A stretch of 64,000 nt of DNA from Bilabrum cf. latius (lineage: Eukaryota). Every line of letters begins with the position of its first letter. Within the stretch, counting starts at the first letter, position 1. The position numbers and the translations under genes are program-made. Positions 37,301-50,747 of the stretch are shown here, one piece after another. The notes beneath the pieces were generated by a model that was not told the origin of the DNA, did no database searches, and saw only the letters and a program-made list of their open reading frames with translations. The stretch lies in NCBI GenBank assembly GCA_965178125.1, contig OZ237744.1, forward strand, positions 186,001 to 250,000, written 5' to 3'.

Positions 37301-37619
37301 CGTGGATCGCTTGAGTGAGATACGCATGTACGGTGGGGTTGCGGTGTGTGAGGCTGCCGGGTTGCCGCGGCTGCGAGCATCCCGTGCAGCCATTCTGAAG
37401 CGCACCGCGGCGCAGGCGGAGCAGCGAAAGGCCTAGATTCGGACGCAGGAAGAGCTAGAGGCGAAGAGGCGCAAGATGATCCTCAGCGGGCTGTCACACA
37501 GGGCCGAGAAAGCCGGTATCCCTAAGTCTGCGCTGGCGGTGCCAGCTACACCGCTCGCTGGACCTAGCGAGCCTGACCCGGCGCTCATGCCTAGCGTCGG
37601 TCGGGCAAAGCGAACGTGA
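34365..37619 (+). CDS. Ankyrin-repeat-containing protein
   Basis: One 3.25-kb frame joins six listed ORFs through about 12 TAGs, with no TAA/TGA until TGA 37617. Ankyrin-like segments AARSGSVAALQALLDVG and GCTVLMAGAASGNIGVLHLLLSIG...DGATAADWA. Confidence 0.7.
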
Positions 37620-37766
37620 GGGGCAGCACGGGAGGGTTGCGGTCTCCGAGTCGAAACCCGGAACTCAAGTCCATTGTGTGGATACAAATTATTCTGGTAT
37701 TCTGGTGGATCCAAAATCTGTTTTGGCGGTTCAGTGCAACCATCTTCAAGAATTTCCCGAAATTGC

Positions 37767-38621
37767 ATGCTGCGATCATCGCCATCATATTTTCGCTTAG
37801 GCGCGCGGATTCAGGCGAATAGAACTCGGTTGATTGCGTGCGCCAAAGCGCTTGGGGCTGGCGCCACAATAGCAGGTTCTGCTGCTGTGCACTCATGCGC
37901 TAGCCTTCACAAGTTCGATCCCACCTCGCAAGACAAATAGCGAACAAATCACCCGAACGATGCTCGGGCGGGAGCCGTGTATCGTATCGTACTGACAGGC
38001 GGACCTTGCGCCGGGAAATCTACCAGTCTCGAGCATGTCACGAACGCAATGACTTCCAAAGGATTCGATGTTCTGGCTGCTCCTGAGGTTCCTACTATTA
38101 TGATGAATGGAGGTTGCAAGTATCCCGGACTAAGCGACCCCTTTAAGCTCCTTCATTTCGAGGTCGCGCTGATGAAGTTGCAGCTGAGCATCGAGGACCA
38201 GTTCACCAGGGTGGCCCAGAGCACGGGACGGCCCACCATTGTAGTGCTAGACCGAGGCATCATGGATCCCAAGGCATACATGGGCCCTGATACCTGGTAG
38301 GCCGTGATGGAATACAGCGGGTGGTCAGACGAGCAGCTGCTGCGGCGGTACGACATGGTGCTGCACCTGGTGACGGCCGCAGACGGGGCAGAGGAGTTCT
38401 ACACCACTGCAAATAACGCTGCCAGAACCGAGTCGCCCGAGCAGGCTCGCGCGTTGGACAAGAAAATGATCGGGGTGTGGGGCGAGCACGCTCGTCACAC
38501 GGTGGTGCCGAACCGCGGGTCCTTCGCGACCAAACTGGAAGAGACGGTCGCTGCAGTGGAGCAACTCACCGTGGACGTGCGGCCGCATGAGACGGTGGCA
38601 GCGAGAGACCCCATAGTTTGA
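37767..38621 (+). CDS. P-loop NTPase, AAA_28/TTD14-like, with a probable mitochondrial presequence
   Basis: YRIVLTGGPCAGKST, VLDRGIMD and RYDMVLHLVTAADGAEEFYT..NN.AR.E. TAGs at 37938 and 38298; ends in TGA. Confidence 0.8.
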
Positions 38622-38789
38622 TGCTTGTCGAAGTCATGTGCACTGCGGCATCTGCAGTCGAGCAATATACACATGTATCCGATCCATAGGATCTATCATC
38701 CCCAGCAGCTTGAAACACTAGCCAATGGTTATGCTCCTCCATGTTACGCCGAAAGTACTTCACACACATTTGTGATTGCTCGTCAGGGC

Positions 38790-41700
38790 TCACAGACCTA
38801 GCGCGCCTGACTTGGGCTCAACCGCGCTACTGGGGCTACCACTAGTACTGCCCTCCTGCGATGGCTTGCCCGAACCAGCACCACTACCTGCAGCCGCCGC
38901 AGCAGCTGCGACCGCAGCTGCAGCGGCTGTAGGGCGCGGCCCATTAGCGGCACTTCTGCTCTTTGCCCCCTTTCCATACTACCCTTTGCCTGTTCCCTCA
39001 CCCTGCTCGATGGGCGACCCATGCTGCGAACCGCGCGCAGACGCGGTGCCAAAGGCAGACAAGATGGATCCCTGGTTCGAGGACATGACTGACCCGTGAT
39101 GGGGAGCACCTGAAGGGGAGGAAGACGATTTTTTCCTATTCTTCCTCTTCGGAGCCTTCGAGCTAGAGCTCTTGGCAACGGCAGCACCGCCCGCAGCACC
39201 GCTCCCAGCCGACGATGACGACGAGGAGGATGATGCAGCGCGCTGCCCGCTGCTTGATGTGCTCTTGGAGTCTTGCGAAGCAGCTGCCGACCCTGGCCGA
39301 ATTACCTCGCCAGAAATTCCCTTCGGCTTCAGCCTGCCAATGCTGAAGGCGCCTCCACCGCCGTGCAGCATGGCTACTTCTTTGGCAAGCTGCAGGATCT
39401 TCTCCTGCCCCGCGTGTATGGCCGGCAGTAGCGCCATCCGCCTTGCGTCCCTCTTTCTGCCACCGTCGCCGGCCACGGCGAGGACCTGTCTGAGCGCCCC
39501 CTGCAGCACCCTAAGTATCGTCATTGCATCGTCCAGCACGTCACCCAGCCTACTCGTCAGTACCCCTCGCAGCCTCACTAGGGCGGCCATGACGGGCTTT
39601 GCAGACCTCAGCACGGAAAGCAGAACTGCCTTTGACCTGGCAGCGCCCCTAATCTGCCGCGTAAGCATGACTGACTGCGCCCACAGATCAGCGGCTCGCC
39701 TTGCGCTACCCATGGCGCGCTTGAGGCTATCTCCCGCGCTGCTGTGTGCGGACTTGCCGGCCGCGACGAACTAGCTCGTCAGGGCGTCAATCACAGCCTT
39801 GTACGCGTGATCAAATGTAGAACTATCCAACGACCGCCACTCCAAGCCATGCAACTCGCCATCGTCCTCGTCTTCGCTGGCAGATCCAGGCCGGCGCTTG
39901 ACGTCACCAGCGATGGCAGAGTGCGCCGCAACCGGCGCCAGGCCATGCTGCAGGAGTGATTCACAGGTGGCGAGAGGATCGCTGGACTGTGTGATGCACT
40001 GGGTCACCATGCGTCGTACGGTTTTCCCCTGCCCCGCGGTGGAGCGCAGTGGGGACTGCAAGACAGCCTTGAGGGCCGAAGCCAGCTGTGAGGGCACCTA
40101 TCTGAGAAGCCTCTAGTCTTGCTTGCCTCGCTGTCGCAGCGCTTCCTGCATGACCTGGCTGCTATCCATGGAGGCTTGCACGCCCTCTCCTTGCTGCTAG
40201 TCCAGCCTAGAACCCGCCGTTGCTGCCAACCGCCTTGCGAAATGGATGCAGTCAGACGCGACCGCAGCCGCATCAGCCATATCGGCTAGCCCATGAATCA
40301 GCGGCATGGTGTCACAGACCTGCTCGAATAGCTACAGGACAACGCGGACACAGCCGAGCTGTGCCCTGCTGCTCCACGAAGACATCGGATGCGAGCCAGC
40401 CTGCTTTCCGCTGGGGCTCCCTCTTGCTGCCGCCTCTGCTGCCGCCATTGCTGCTGCAGCCCGGCGGAAGCTGTTGCTCTGTCTCTTCGGCGACGTAGCG
40501 CTGCCAGTGCCCTCTATCGGTTGAGTTGCCTCAACCCACTCCTGCAGGAACGCCACAGCGGCTGCGGCCCTGACTGCGTCATTGCTTCGAATCGCGGCTC
40601 GGACAACAACGTGCAGTCCTGACAGGACGTGCCTCCTGAGCGTTTCTCTGGTTTCATCGTCCCTGCACACAGCAGCAGCAGGCCAGGAACTCTTCCTTGG
40701 ATCGCCACCATCTCTTGCTGCTTTCCAAGCGGCAATCGACTCGTTGAAGGATGCCGCGAACACTCGTAGCAGAGGAGCCGCGCAAGAAACTAAAAAGGAC
40801 TCAGGAGTGTGCCCATCATTCAGGATTGGCCTCGCAGTCCACGATTCTGACCCGGAGGATCCACCATCCGGCAACAGAGCGCCTTCAAAGTTGGCTCCAC
40901 CCTTGCCGTGCGTCAGTGGTGCATCGAACGGAGCCGCAGGTACCTGGGCCGTATTGGCAGCCGATCCTAGACGCGCTTCTAGCACCCGCTGCAAGCCCTT
41001 CGCTAGTTGCACGCACAGAGGCAGCGACGGTCGCAATGCCATCGAACTGATGCTGCGAGTCCTCCTGCGACTCCTGTCGCTGTGAAGCTCTGACAGCAGG
41101 CTCTCTTTAGCCCAGTCAGCGACACCGTTTACAACATGGGATGCAAGCGACTGCTATCCAAGACAATTGCTCTTGCTGCTGGCTGGACCGAGTGACGTCT
41201 CCTGGCTGCTCTGGCTATTTGCAGGACTGTCAGCTGGCTCAGACTCTGCCGGCCATCCGTGACCTGCATCGCACTCGTACGTTTTAGGGCCAGAGCCTTC
41301 GCCTGCTTTCGGTTCAGTGCCGTCAGCGGCTTCTTTCTCTGCCTGGTCCCACGCCCATCGCAGCCTAGCGACGTGCCTGTCTAAAGCTGTGCGAGATTGG
41401 TTCGCTCGAAGCAGGGCGGCGGCAGTGTGGGGCTAGAACGGCAGCAGCCTGGACTCGAGGAGCTCCCACTGTCCCACGCATGCCTTCTGCAGCTTTCGTA
41501 TGCTAGCATTTGACAGGGGTCGCGGGGTTGCTTGCGTATGGGTCGAGGAGCCCGCAGCCGCGCCGCTCGCCGTGGATGGGCTGTGCTCTCCCGCGCGGCG
41601 AAGCGCTGCGCCCCTTATCTGCTGCAGGGCTGCTGCGATGGGCCTGTCATCATCTAGGTCCTCACCTTGGATCAGGTGTTCTAGCTTCGCATCTGTTGTA

Positions 41701-44700
41701 GCGCTTGCATTTAGATCGATTGCCGCGTCATCTCCGCCGTCTTCGTCCTCGTCTTCGTCCTCGTCATCCCCGTCACCCGTGCCTTCCTTTTCGTTCATGC
41801 GAGGCTAGTGGTCGCCATCGGTGCCCGACTTATTAGACTTGCCACCGCTCTGCCTCAGAAGATCCTTGATGGAACGGGCCTTCTTCCCCTTGCTTCCCTC
41901 TGCGGCTGATCCTTTGCCGGCAGCCTTCGCACCCCTGGCTCTCTTCTTGCCGGCATCACGAGCCGCTGCACTGCCCGCATGCTCACCCATGCATTTGCTT
42001 ACTACCGGAATCAACCCGACGAGCGACGCGGCTCGAATGCAGACGTCGTGGGGGCGATGACTGGTTGAACTTGGCAGGCTTGAAGTGGCTGCGCCCGGCT
42101 CTCGCAGCGGTCTGAGCACCCGAACGGCAGGTACGGCCGGAATGCGTAGCGACAGATGCAATTCGGGCCCAGCGGCTTTGCTTGCCCCGTGTGGTACTGC
42201 GCCACCAACCTCCTTCTTCGAATCTCTTACGTTGCCGCGGTCAGCACCATCCTCGTCGTCCTCCATCATGGCCTACAAAGCAGCAGGTTTCGACTCGCTG
42301 GACGCGATCTTCACTGCCTGGGCCAGGTTCAGATGGAGCTGCGACCGAGCTGAAGCCAGATCGTAGATGCAGTTGCCCATGCTCTCGGGTGGGGGCAGCG
42401 CGGAATCAACGCGGTGGGCAACAAAATGCGGAGCAGCAGCGTAGGCACCTTGTCCACTGGACCCAAGAGACGATCCAATATGGTGCCACTCGCCGAGAGC
42501 ATGCAGCAGCGGAGCAAAGGCAGCGAGCTGGAGCATGGTCTCGAGCTCTGCGCAATCTACGAACCGCTGCAAGAGCGTGTCGTCTTCACCATCCAGGCCG
42601 ACGGCTCCATCGCTCGGACTGTAGATCCCGGTGAGGTACTGCAGCGTGGATCGAACGAAATTGATCCTGCAAACCAGTCTGGACACAGCATCAACTGCCG
42701 ATGCCTCGCAGCTGCACAGCGCCGCCACGAACTAGCCTCTAGAAAAGCCAGACGGCGTGAAGCATGACTCCATAGCGATTGCAGCCCTTGGAACGTCGTC
42801 CAGACCCTCGCAATAGTTCTGCTGCAGGTGGAGCAAAGTTCGAAGCGTGGGAAGCAGCAGAGTCTGTCTCTGCATGGATGGATGCAATGCTGCCAGGGAT
42901 ATAGAGCTAGGCACGCCATCCTTTGCCATCTCCACCATGGCGTCGCAGTTCGGCAAGATGCTTTGAACCCCGAAGAACGACACGTCTTCGTTGAGGTTTC
43001 GCCACAGCTTTGGCCTGAAAGCATCGCTGCAGCGCTTCGTGAGTCCATTGAACAGCCGGTCGACCCCGCTGCTGGTATCATTCGAGCTTGTGCAGATGAA
43101 ATTCGACACGAAGAATGCGTGGATGACTTGCCTCACCGCTCGTCGAATTCCAGGGCACAGCTGACACGCCCCGACGTCCTCCTGACACAGGCTGGTCCTC
43201 ATCATGCCAGCATCGGCACTGCTCTTCGAAGGGCCCTGCTGTGACATTGGCAGCCTGTCCGGTTCAAGCCGGCTCTGGTATGCTACCCTGGTCTGCAGTT
43301 GGGCCTCCAGGCCGTAGCTGTCAGGCAGCTCGAGCGGTAGCACGGGCGGGCGGAACGGAAGCCTGAAACTTGCGGACTTGCCCCTGGCTGGCGAGCCGGG
43401 GCCCATACTGGCCGACGCTTCAGCGCTTGGAGACTCCGTTTCGCGAGCTGCCGACTGCGACCCAGGCTGGGCTTGCGGAAGGAGCTCTTTGTCCCAGCCG
43501 CTAGCAGCCTCGAGCATTTTCTGCCGGATGCTCGTCAGGTCGCTGGCCGCGGAGCCTCTCTGCGCCAGGCATTCACCACCGAGGCACAGCCGAATCTCTT
43601 CCAGCAGCAGAGACAGCGCTGCAGTGTCACGCTTGAGGGCGTCCATGGCGTGTAGCAGTAGCTCGGTGCACCGGCGGACTGCACCGGAGGGAATGGGGTG
43701 TGCCATCCAGCCTCTCAACCTGCCCGCTGCAAACGATTCAGAGCTTCCATTCGATCCGGCAGATTGCGACAACGAAGAAGCAGTGCTTGGCAGGCTGCCC
43801 CCTTGTCCAGATGCGCAGGCGGCAATGGAGCCAGTGGCACCGCCTGTGGCCACCGGCATGAAAGCTGCAGACCACCAGCGCAGCGCAGCAACGACGCCAA
43901 TGGCGGCGACTCGCCTGTAGTGCTCGGTTGGGTTGGCCAGCTGTTTCTTGATGAGGATGAAGAGTTCGTCAGACTGTTCCTCTGCCCTGACGCAGTCCTC
44001 ATCGGATGGTCCACCTGTGGATTGCTCGTCGGGATCTCCGGCTGCAGAAGCAGCACCTGCTCCGCCAGTGGAGCTCGATCGGATTGGATTGCAGCCGAAC
44101 GCTGCGTCGTAGAGCGCACGCACCTGCCCCACCCCGAGTGGTGCCGTGTAGTCGAAGGCGCCGATCAGCTGATCCCTATGTCTGGCCACCCTGGCTCTCA
44201 TCGCATCGACAAGGGCCTGACCGCCTTGACCAAACCTTGCGTTGGCACCGCTTGTCGCCGTGCCGATCGTGGACCACGCTAGCGTCCGCACGGCTGACTC
44301 GCGCACAGCCTCGTGATCGTCTGCCAAGTGGCACACGGCCGAGTCGATCACGCTGCTGGTGACCGAAACGTCCTGGCACGCAAGCAGCAGGTGCTAGCGA
44401 AGCGCGGTTCCAGTTCTGACCGCAGTCTGGCTCTTCATTTGCAGCAGCGACCCACCCAGCTCCTGCAGCACTCCCTGCACCTCCGCCACCGCGACCGGAA
44501 ACCCTGCCAAGCAGCCGGGTCCAGCTAGCCCTCCCGCCAGACAGCGCTTACCATGCGTAGACAGAAGCTGATCGAAGACAGGATCGCGTCCCTTGGACCC
44601 AATGCTGCTAACGCCCTGCGTAGGCAATGCGGCAGACAGCGCCAGCCACACTGCAGCCTGACAGTGCGGACTGCCTCTCGGCGATGCTGGCAGGCGACTC

Positions 44701-45983
44701 CCTTGCTGGGCATGCTGCAACGGCAAGCACAACACGTTTGCAATGGCTGAAGACTCCGCAACAGCGGCGCGCATGCTGCGCACGAACGAAGCTAGCTGTG
44801 CGTCAAGCTGGTGCCGAACGTAGAGCAGGGGTTCGGCGTCCTGCTACTGCTCACCACTGTCTGCCATGCGGGAATCTTCCGGTGCCGGGCTGCCTGCTGC
44901 TTGAGATGATGATCTAGAGCTGACGCCGCCCCCTTGCTCGTCGTGATGCCCTTTATTGGCTCTATTCGCGCCAGCCTAGGCTTGCTGCATGCCGCTCACC
45001 ATGTCTGCAAGGGCGCCCGCAACTGCCGAGATGGCCTACTCGGCAGTTGGCATTCGCCTGCGTCCAGCGGCCTTTCCCCGCCCGTGCCTTGCGATCCTAG
45101 TCCTTCTCTTGAAAACCTATCCTCCCTCTTGTTCACTGTCTTCCTCCTCGTCTTCGTCTTCATCGTCCTCAGCTCCGCGCGCTGCTGCAGACTAGGCACC
45201 GCCAATTCCGTCGTCACTGTCCTCGTCAGAGTACACTTCCACGTCTGAATCGTCGCGCATTCCAGCACTAGAGTGCGCTTCGCCACAGTGGGCAAGCAGG
45301 AAGTGCGTGGCCGGGCCTAACGTACCCAAAGAAAGGGAGCTGAGGCGGGCTAGCACTTCCGAGACGAAGCCCCGCATGTGGGGCGATTCTGGACCGCCAA
45401 ACCGAGATGCAGCCTCTAGGACCAACTTTACCTGGACTGCATCACCCGTGCTACTTGAAAACTACGTCTAAAGCTCCTCAAGTACGGTATCCTCCTCGTC
45501 TGACATGCGAGCTACGAAACCGAGCAAGTCTGGAAGATTCTCGAGCACAGCTTCTCGCAAGGCGAGGCTCTACTCTGTTTTCGACAAAGATAGTACCTAC
45601 CGTACCATCAGTGATTTCTGTGCGACAAATGGTATCCACCTGATGCCTTGGAGCAGGTGGGCAGCTCTCGAAGCCTCGCCAATCCTGTCGAGAGACTTAC
45701 ATGCTTGCACGACGGCCTCAATAACGACAGAGTTCGAAGAGGGGCACGATAACAGCAGGCGAATCGTTGGATGCAATGATCCGCTAGCTGAGGTGAAGGC
45801 TTGTATGGCCTCGGCGCGGACAAGAGCTTGCTGCAGCAGTTGCTTTAGTCGAGCAAGCTACGCTGGGTGTCGAATGCTGGCCGATAGCATGGATGCAGCC
45901 TTTTGAACCTGGCGAGGGTCGACCTGAATACTATCTAGAAATGCATGGAGCTGCCCAAACGGGCTGCCTGGACTTGTATCCAT
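38790..45983 (-). CDS. FANCD2: Fanconi anemia group D2 protein homolog, about 2400 aa
   Basis: One 7.2-kb frame with about 22 TAGs and no TAA/TGA. FILIKKQLANPTEHYRRVAAIG matches the FANCD2 monoubiquitination region (human VIRKQLSS). Also FDYTAPLGVGQVRALY and C-terminal AFSIGRLKPKGISGEVI. TGA at 38790. Confidence 0.8.
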
Positions 45984-46149
45984 CGCAATTTGTGCAATTG
46001 TTCAGAAGCATTTTCAAACGGTTTGTTGCGTGCGGTTCGGACCTGCCTTGCGAGGCTGCCTCTACCGTTTGCCTGGGGCCCACCACGGGGGCCCGGGCCA
46101 ATCAGACTCTCTTTGTATTCTTCCGGTATCCCGCCTGCTGAGGATCACG

Positions 46150-49100
46150 TCAAGCCGGCGAGCCAGGTCGAGGAGTCGATACGCGAGCCACGTTGCCGCC
46201 ATCCTCCGGCGGAAGCGACCCGTGCTCACTCACGAACCGCAGGGCAGACTGCGGCGGCCTCTCTCCCGGTTCCAGGGCCCTAACCTCGATGTCTTTCCGT
46301 TGCGGGTCACCATCGCGCCCTGCACTGCTGCTGGCTCCCACTGGCGGGCTAATGGCGGCCCCGTCACGGCCGGGAAGCTGGCCCTCCTCTGCGATCGAGG
46401 CCGTCGGAGCAAGTGCCCAGCGCTCGTCCCTGACCCCTCCATACGGCTTGCGAGCATCAAACGTCTGCAGCTCGGATGAACGCGGCAGACGGATCCCCGC
46501 GCCGCCGCCGCTGCTGCTGCTGCCACCGCCAAGACCCACACCCGCCCGCGACGCACCCCCGGCGCCCACTCGTCCGAAGGCCCCGCCCTCGCCCTTCCTC
46601 CCTGGAGCGGTCGCTCCGCCGCCCCGTCGCAGGGACCGGAGGCGAGCAGCTAAGGCGTCAGCTCCCGGAGCACCTGCCCCCGGGCCTGCGCTCGCCGGCG
46701 CCGCGCCGCTGGTTCCGCTGCCCTCCCCTGCGCCGATGGCACCGACGGGCGATCGGACGACCCGGATTCCCGGCGATCCACTCGTCACACCGCCACCGTC
46801 CCCACCCAACCATCCCAGTCGCGTCGCTTGCTCCCTGAGCTCCTCCCCGAGACGCCCTATGGTGACCCGCGGGCCGATGATCCGTTGCAGGCCACGCAGG
46901 CACTCGCGACCGGCAACGCGGGCGGCAGCCGTATCTGGGTCCAGCGGATCCCCGGAAGCCTCTCTTACCAGTGTGACGAGTGCGTTCTCGGCCCTGGCGA
47001 GGATTCTCTTGGTCGCAGACTTGCCCAGCTTCTCGCACGGAGGAGCCAGTTCCTCTAGCACCGCCCTCCGCGCCCGCGCTATGCTAGGGTGCCCTTCCGA
47101 AGCACTTGCTCGGAGCAGCTGGGCAAGCACACTCTCGGCGGGGCCCCTGGGCGCCTCTTCGTCGGCATCACCCATGGGCTTGCGCACCGCGCCCGATCGC
47201 GCGGCACCGGTTCCGCTGCCCCCGCCGCCGAACCGTGATTTCTTGGCGGCCGGTGGCATGGCCCCAGGAGAGCCCTCCGCTGCAGCGAGCTCGTCACACG
47301 CCGCGATGCCTGCGAGCAGGGACCAGCAGGGATCTGTCCTCCGCTGGATGGCGGGAGTCGCGGGCGATTCCGATTCCGATTCCGATGCCGCTGACGTGGC
47401 GGCTGACGTGGCGGCTGGGTCGGTGCCCTGCACGCCGGAGGGACCGCAGCTCGCCACGGAGGGGGCGCGGACGGCATCCAGCCTCACCCGGGGCAGCCGC
47501 AGGAGCTGAGCCTTGGAAACTCCACCGCTGGACTGCTGATCCGATCCTCCGGCACGCAGCTCGGGGGGCAGCGCGTGCGAGTGCAGGTTGTCGGCCCCGT
47601 CAGAGTCGTAGTCCACGCCTGCCTCCGCCAAGGAACCCGCTGCAGAAGACGAAGGGTCATTTCCAGCCCCGGACGAGGCGGCGATTCCGGTCCCGCTTTG
47701 GACCTGCCGCCTGGTCGCGTCGATTTCCCGCTCCAGCCAGGCGGCCAGCTGTTCCCTGGCCTCCCATCCGAGCATCCTGCAGGCGATCCCAAGTGCCCTG
47801 CCTGACTCAGTGGCCACGTCAGCCACGTGGTCGGTACACGCGACTGCCAGCGTGCGGATGGCGGTGTTTCGGATGCCAGATAGATCTTTCTTGTCTTCTT
47901 CTTTGCCGCCATCGATGGCACTCGCTCCATCGCCACCGCCATGTTCAGCTCCAGCAGACCCGCCTTCCTCTTCCTCTTCCTCGCTGCAGCCGGACAGAGC
48001 GAACGGACTCCCGACGAGCAGCCGCTGCACCGCAACGGCAGCGGACCTCCTCACGGTTGCAACCGTGTCATCGAGCAGGTGCAGGAGCACCTTGAGACCC
48101 GCGGGAGCCACGGCGAGCCGCGTAGCCTCGGACAGCTTGCTGCCTAGTTCCGCAAGGACCAGGGCCGCGGCGCCGCGCACGGCGTGGTTGGGGCTGCTCT
48201 GCGCCTCGGCCACCAAGAACTCACCGGTTGCGACCGCCCGTGCCTCCACCTCCTGTATGCTCTCCAGCCCCAGCTCGTGCATGCTCCTCCACCGCTAGTT
48301 GGCCGCGGCGCTCACACCGGAAGCGGAAAAGTATCGGTTGAGTATTAAGGGAGGTAGCACGATGTCGAGAACACCCTTTAGCGGTTCCCCGCATAGGCCT
48401 CCCGGGGCTGCGGAACCTGCGTGCGCGGCGCCGAAGGCGAGCTGCATGAAGGCCCCGCACGCCTCGACTGCCGCAAACCGAACTTGCGACCAATTGTCCC
48501 GCATCAGGTGCCCAAGCACTTGCGCGACAGCGCGCCAGCCATTGATTGCATGCTCCTGCTTGTCTGTTGGAGCAGTTGCCCCGGATGATGGCACAGCCAG
48601 TGCTGCGCACGCCACGTGCTGCAGGCTCGGGCCCGGGCCCGAAGCGGGCGAAGCTGCGACCGGTGGGCTGCCAGGCCTGCTGCCCCTACCTTCTCCAGAG
48701 AGGGTGCCATCGGTTGCCGCTCCAATAGGCGGGCTTGCAGGCCGACCGGCTGCTGCTGCTGCCGGGGGGCTGCTTGGTGCGGCCAAGGAAGCGATCAGTC
48801 CGGCCGCGGCTTCTCTCACGAATCGATTCGTGTGGCACGACGCAAGCACCAGTAGGGAGTCATCAGATCCACCAGATGCGTCTGCATTGCTCCAAAGGTT
48901 GCACAAGAGGGAATACTCCTTGCGGTCAGCTGCATGAAGCTGATCTGCCGGCGCGGAGCCGAGAATTGTTCGGATCATCGCAAGATTCGATTCGATGGCC
49001 GGAGACACTTCGGATTCTGGGCATGTTATTGATGTATCTGGGCTGTCTTGCAAAAGGCTCAACGAATGGGCAATTGCTGCCCTACCGACAGCGTGGATCC

Positions 49101-49368
49101 ACGTCCAGTGACTGCTTCCTGGCACTTGACCACACCTAGCTGCGACAGCTGCGAGATCTTGCTGGCGCTATTGCCTGCTTGCATGACTATAGCTTACTTT
49201 TGCGCCCGCTAAGGCCTAAAAAATTATAGCCTGAGTCTCTGGTGCTCCTAATGCGTCGACATTCAACAGAGTCTTCAGATCTGGCTTGCTGCTACTCGTT
49301 GTTGATGTAGCGCTTGTTGCAGCACCAGTAGCTAGCTGTGATGTATCGTATTCTTCGAGCGGGTCCAT
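46150..49368 (-). CDS. HEAT/armadillo-repeat protein
   Basis: HEAT motifs HTNRFVREAA, DNWSQVRFAA, NHAVRGAAA and LLDDTVATVRRSAA. TAGs at 49216, 49168 and 48295; ends in TGA. Confidence 0.75.
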
Positions 49369-49711
49369 GTGCACAAAACAAACAAAATTGCTCTGTTCAA
49401 AGTTGATTGAAGGCGAAATCTGCGATGCCGACTTCGGAATGTTCGGTCGGTGAGGTTCCAGGTTCGGTCAAGGACTGCTGGCCAGTGCCTGGTGCTCCGA
49501 CAGGAACCCTAGGGACATTGAACTGAATGCACAGAGGTATGGCCCGCAATCGATGCCCTAGAGACGACTGCGCGGGCGGAAAGCTGCTGCATTGCAGCCT
49601 GCAGTGCTTGATCTGCCTAGCTGCTGGTCATGCACTGCCAGTACACCCGTCTGTCAGGACGATCCAAATGGTAACTTCACAAGCAAGATCATCCCATGGT
49701 TTTGCATCATA

Positions 49712-50686
49712 TCAAGGACGCGGCAGCGCACCAACAGCGCTGCAGTCGATCAGCTCGTCTGGCACCCCGTACGCAGCCGCAGCCGAGCGGCAGAGCAACT
49801 GCTCCCTCTGCTCCTTCGTGGCCCCACGCAAGAGCAACTGCTCCACCGCGGCGCTCCATTGTACGTACGTGCCCGCAAGGTCGAGGAAGAACCAGTTGCC
49901 CGCGAAAAAGGACCTATCGTACCCGAAGATGTCAACGGTTTCCCGAACGAACGGTGCGACTTGCTCCACGGTCCAGTTGCCGTACACTCCGCCAGCAGCT
50001 TCTCCGGGTGCCCCAGATATCTTCACGTATGTGTTGTGTCGCTTCGCGAGCAGCTCCATTCCGGCCTTCCATTCGGCGTATTCCGGCGAAGCTGTGCCAA
50101 GATGGATCGCTGGGCCGCCGAGGTGGTCGAGTATCATTGTCGTGTCCGGGCATTTCTAGCCCAGTGCAGCGACTTCTTTTAGAACCGAAGGATTTGACAG
50201 CATGTCAAAGGACAAATTACGTGCACCCAGCTCGCAGAATCCGCGAACAAAGTCACCGTTGCCTAGCATTGAGCTTGCGCTGCCTTCCCGGATGCCACGG
50301 AAAAGAGGAGACGCTGCTTGCATCAAGTCTAGCTGGCGAGAAAGATTCTTATATTCCAGTGCAGCGTGCCCAACGATGGCACCAATCTGGGTTTTGGCTG
50401 GATCTTTGTGCTGCGTCTCAGAGACCTGTTGAACCCACCGCACCTCGTCAAGCCAAAAAGAGGGCTTTGCCGACACCTCAATGAATATGGCAACGGATGG
50501 GTGAATAGCAGCTTTCGACGACACATCCGTCAAATTGCCCAGCGAGTACGAATGGTTCAGTTGCGGAAGCTTGGCTTGCCAAGTGTACTGCAACTGCTAC
50601 AAATTCGTGATATGGACATGCCCATCAATGACGCTGCTCCGTGCTAGGGGGACCAGAAGCGAAATCAGTGCTACTAGGCAGTGCAT
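49712..50686 (-). CDS. Amidohydrolase-2 family protein (L-fuconolactonase-like) with a signal peptide
   Basis: VIDGHVH metal motif, FRGIR, LSFD, ILDHLGGP, NTYVKISG and FGYDRSFFAGNW. TAGs at 50597 and 50156; ends in TGA. Confidence 0.85.
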
Positions 50687-50747
50687 CAGTCTTAGAATTT
50701 GCTTAATGCCAAACAGGACGCACAGCTACTCGATCCGGGATCCGGAT

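Noticed and set aside
5760-45983. Functional DNA-repair cluster (SMC1 + FANCD2)
   Set aside because: The genes are about 28 kb apart with unrelated genes between them.
46193-47509. Long antisense or alternative-frame ORFs (also 8545..9507, 13168..14136, 6945..7901 and others)
   Set aside because: These are shadow ORFs of GC-rich coding sequence with no recognisable motifs.
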